From Pavona decussata (taxonomy: Eukaryota), in contig CDRNST010000281.1 of NCBI GenBank assembly GCA_977016875.1, positions 682,001-746,000 of the forward strand: a stretch of 64,000 bases of DNA, read 5' to 3'. Shown here piece by piece: positions 60,521 to 64,000 of the stretch (the stretch's first letter is position 1; each line of letters opens with the position of its first letter). The notes under the pieces are model-generated. The model saw only the letters and a program-made list of their open reading frames with translations, did not search any database and was not told the origin of the DNA. The position numbers and the translations under genes are program-made.

Positions 60521-60867
60521 CTGGCGCGGATCCAGGTTCTTAGGAGAGGGAGTCAGAGAAAGGCGGCGCCCCAATAGGGGGGTCCAGGGGCAACCTGCCC
60601 CTTAGCATTTTGAAATTTCAAGTCCTTGGAAACGCGATTACCGATCAGTATTCTGTGGCAAACCTAGCGTGTTTTAATCTCTCATTTTTTTAAAGTTAAA
60701 ATGCCTTTTTTTTTCCCTAAAAATATAACAAAGCTACGTAACATGCAAATATGCATAAATAAAAATTTGATAAAAATATACTTGTGTTTCGTCAAAGACG
60801 GGATCGACAAGGAGCATTTTTCGGGGAAATCTTTGGGAATATCTTTCCTCCCCTAGATCCGCCCCAG
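60521..60867. mobile_element. MITE with 5-bp target duplication
   Basis: TIR CTGGCGCGGATCCAGG / CCTAGATCCGCCCCAG, with GACAT on both flanks. Confidence 0.75.
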
Positions 60868-61481
60868 GACATACTTTTTGGTCTCAGGACTTTACACGAA
60901 AGAAAAGTAGAAAGCACCCAAGAATCATTTTGTCAACGCCGAATCATTATTTATCTCGTCAGTTACACATAACGACGAAAATAGTACTAAGTAGACCAGG
61001 GCAACAGAACAACAAAAAACAAACAAAAACAACAACAAGAAAATATTCTGCGATCTTAAAAGGGCAGGGTCACCTATTTTTATGGCGACTTTGAATAGCT
61101 AAAAACATATTTGCATATAAAGCAAGAAAATATTTAGTAATCGTTTAAAATTAAACTAATAAAATAGTAGCTAGCTAGTAACAAAAACTAGCCATCAATA
61201 TATAAACTATAAAGTACAAATGAAATAAAATTTTTGTTTACTATAATATTTAGGCAATTCATTGGTTTCTATGATAAATCTTGGTAGGCATTTGGTATAA
61301 GATATATGTAGAAAAGGAAAACTTTCAAAATAGCTAAGTAGCTAACAAAAGCAATATTCAACTGTGATTCCTATTATGACGGTGTAAAAGTTGAAAGAGT
61401 TTTTATTGATAAAAATTCATAAAGATATTTTATTATCCATTGTACACACGTATATGGAACGAATATAACTATATTCTTTTA

Positions 61482-61659
61482 CAGTCAATTCCCGCCTGCG
61501 GACAACTCGTTATTACCCCGATAATACGAACAGCAACTAAATCCGCAGCAAAAATCACGGCAAAAATCACGGACGTTTGACTAATAAACATTCTTCCTAT
61601 TACGGGCTCTCGCTATTAACTCGAGGTCCCGAGGATGTCCACAATAAGGGAGTTGACTG
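61482..61659. mobile_element. Tc1/mariner-type MITE
   Basis: TA-flanked CAGTCAATTCCC / GGGAGTTGACTG ends. Confidence 0.7.
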
Positions 61660-62289
61660 TATTCGGAAGATTTATCATTGTTTAATATTGCTCACAATAC
61701 TGATATTTATCTTACAAGTAAGCAAATAACCTCAACCTCATTCGTCAATTCAAGTTCCTCAATTTAGCGAACACCCAAGGTGCCGACTAAACTTATTCGT
61801 GGTTCTTTTAAGGCGTTACGGACGTTTGACTGAAGTGCTTTGATAAGATGCCAGTTGTAAAAGAATTTTAGAGCAAGAAGTTTTGCAAAAAGTGTAAAAT
61901 TGAAAAATTTGCTTTTCTATACATCATTAGTTCTTTCCGCAAAACGTTAAACAGTAACGTTAAACAAATTAGTTTACATTGCAATGAGTTGCTGAACTTG
62001 TATCTCGTTCCGAACATTTTTTCCTGTATACTACATTGTAACCTATTAAGTAATATATTGTTGGCCATTGTTGTCGTTGTCTTGAGATTGTAATAATAAT
62101 AAAAAATGGATAAAATGTTACGAAGCAAGGTCTATCTCTCCAGCACCTTTACCTTCCTAAAGCCAAACAAATTTCCAAACGTTCAAACTTATGAACACTT
62201 TCTCTTAGTCGTCAATAGGTACGTCAGGCGTTAAAATGGAATGTTGTTCCGCTAGCACTAATGACCACCACAGAAGGCAAAAAAAAAAA

Positions 62290-62335
62290 TCTTAGACCAC
62301 AAGGGGGAATCGAACTCACGGCCTCCGGATAAAAA
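62290..62335 (-). repeat. tRNA-derived SINE head fragment
   Basis: B-box-like GAGTTCGATTCCC on the minus strand without a full cloverleaf. Confidence 0.4.
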
Positions 62336-64000
62336 AAGTCAAATTTTTTTTTTGCCTCGTGTGTTCTCCTTCAGCGCTTCAACATGCATCGCAGAGCTAA
62401 TTCTAGCGGCCATTTTAAGGTTTAAAGTAAGCCGATTAATTATCCGTCTGCAAGGTTTGCTTGTAGTCCAACGAGTTCATGATAGTTTTGTCTCTAGCTT
62501 AACGAGTTCATAAAATGCAGTACATGACAAAAGTTTCTACTTATTCAATGACACGATAAAGGTAAACTACAGCAGTAAACAGTATGGGTTCTTTAACCCA
62601 ACGTGGTTATTATAGTTTATTAAGCAAATAAACCCCTTCAGGCGGCTGGTATGTCGGCTGATAATGTCCGCGGCTGAGAGATTGTCCGAAAAATGGATAT
62701 TTGGCCGAGAAGCGAAGATTCGAGGGCAAATGTGAAATTTTGAGGACAATCTCTCAGACAAGGACACTATCAGCCGACAAACCAGCAAGCCAGAAAAGGG
62801 GTTTATTTATTTTTTAACCCTCCTCCTTTTGATTGGTTTACGGAAACTTTATTTTCACTGTGATTGGACCAAAACTTGACAAACTGACTCAATTTTCGTA
62901 GGATATTCTATTCGCAACTTTCTACACCTTTAAAGTATGTTTTGTTGACATTTTTGTACTTTGCGGAACATTTGCGACCAGCTTTTTGCTGTAAACATGA
63001 CTGGACATCTACAAAACGAGTTTGTTTTTCTTCCATGTAAAATAATAAAGATGAAAAGGTGAAACTCTTGTGCTGGCTTTTTTTCGCTTAATTTTTTCTT
63101 TTTAATGAAAATAATACGAGGGCAAATATAGACAAAGGCTGGAGTTATTGCGTGATAACCGTCTTGTCAATTTGCACCACGTGACGTAAAGTACCCAATA
63201 AAATCCCGCAAAAATTAATGGGTGGGTTATAAGTAACCTTAACTGTGTAATGGCGGCAGTACTGAAGGCGAATATATGGACTGATCTTAGATTCAAGAGA
63301 ACTAATTACGACCTCTGGATGAGGGTTTTAGTTTCTAAGGAAACCGTGATGCGTTGTCGGGGGAGAGTGGAAAGGGATAGAGAGAAAGGCTAATTATTGA
63401 AATGCCAGAACTTGAATCTCTTTACGGAGGCCAAACCACCTGATCAGTTCCATTGATCTGAACCAGACATACCAAGATTATAAGTGCTATTGCTTGAGAG
63501 GACAGTAGTTTACAACTCTTTATGAAGATTAGGCAAGAATCTTGAACCCATGGGATGAACAGGCGCAATGAAACTTAACCTGTTTAAAATATATCGCTAT
63601 TTTATAATGGCTTCTGTACACATTTTTTTGCTTTCTATCTTTATCAACCGATCTTAACTTTTCATTAGTATCATTTTAAATGTTATAACCGTTTATTTCC
63701 AAACTAACTTAGCCTTTTGCAATCCGTAAAGAAGGTTAGTTTTGTCTAACCGAAATATTAAGGGACTGAATTACGCTTTTTAGCTGTCCGATCATTTGGT
63801 TTAACGTTTTTTCAACATTGCTGATCCTGATCTACACCAAGATCCGGCTTCACTTTGCGACTTTTTGTACAATTGGTCCTTTCATTATTCAAAAGCTACT
63901 TTAAAAGAATGTTAGGTAAACCTGCTAACAGGAGGTGTTACTGCTCTATTAACAATACACAACCACACGACTGGTAACGTCAAGATGAGTGTTATCCCAC

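Noticed and set aside
62290-62335. tRNA gene
   Set aside because: Only a T-arm/B-box-like piece is present, with no acceptor stem or full cloverleaf.

Overview
Eukaryotic, intron-rich and repeat-rich DNA with several N gaps. The repeat and gene-family content resembles a marine invertebrate, probably a stony coral or other cnidarian (inference only). Main contents: (1) A ~6.4 kb tyrosine-recombinase (DIRS/Ngaro-like) retrotransposon at 3531-9936. It has an SGNH hydrolase ORF upstream of gag, is bounded by a 10-bp direct repeat instead of recognisable long repeats, and carries an array of bulged stem-loops in its 3' UTR in which the apical sequence is conserved and the stems differ. (2) Two paralogous secreted-protein genes from a local duplication that share signal peptide, PAN/apple-like and EGF exons but end in different domains. 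Copy A (10855-25324) ends in a UMOD/GP2-type D8C/D10C domain and is disabled by a frameshift and a stop. Copy B (38489-59740) appears to end in a PLAT/LH2 domain and can be spliced to an open 351-aa frame. (3) A near-intact BEL/Pao LTR element (48975-55861), a decayed Gypsy element, several LINE fragments (RLE-type and CR1/L2/L1-type) and many MITEs. All calls come from reading motifs, splice sites and repeats by eye; no database search was run.
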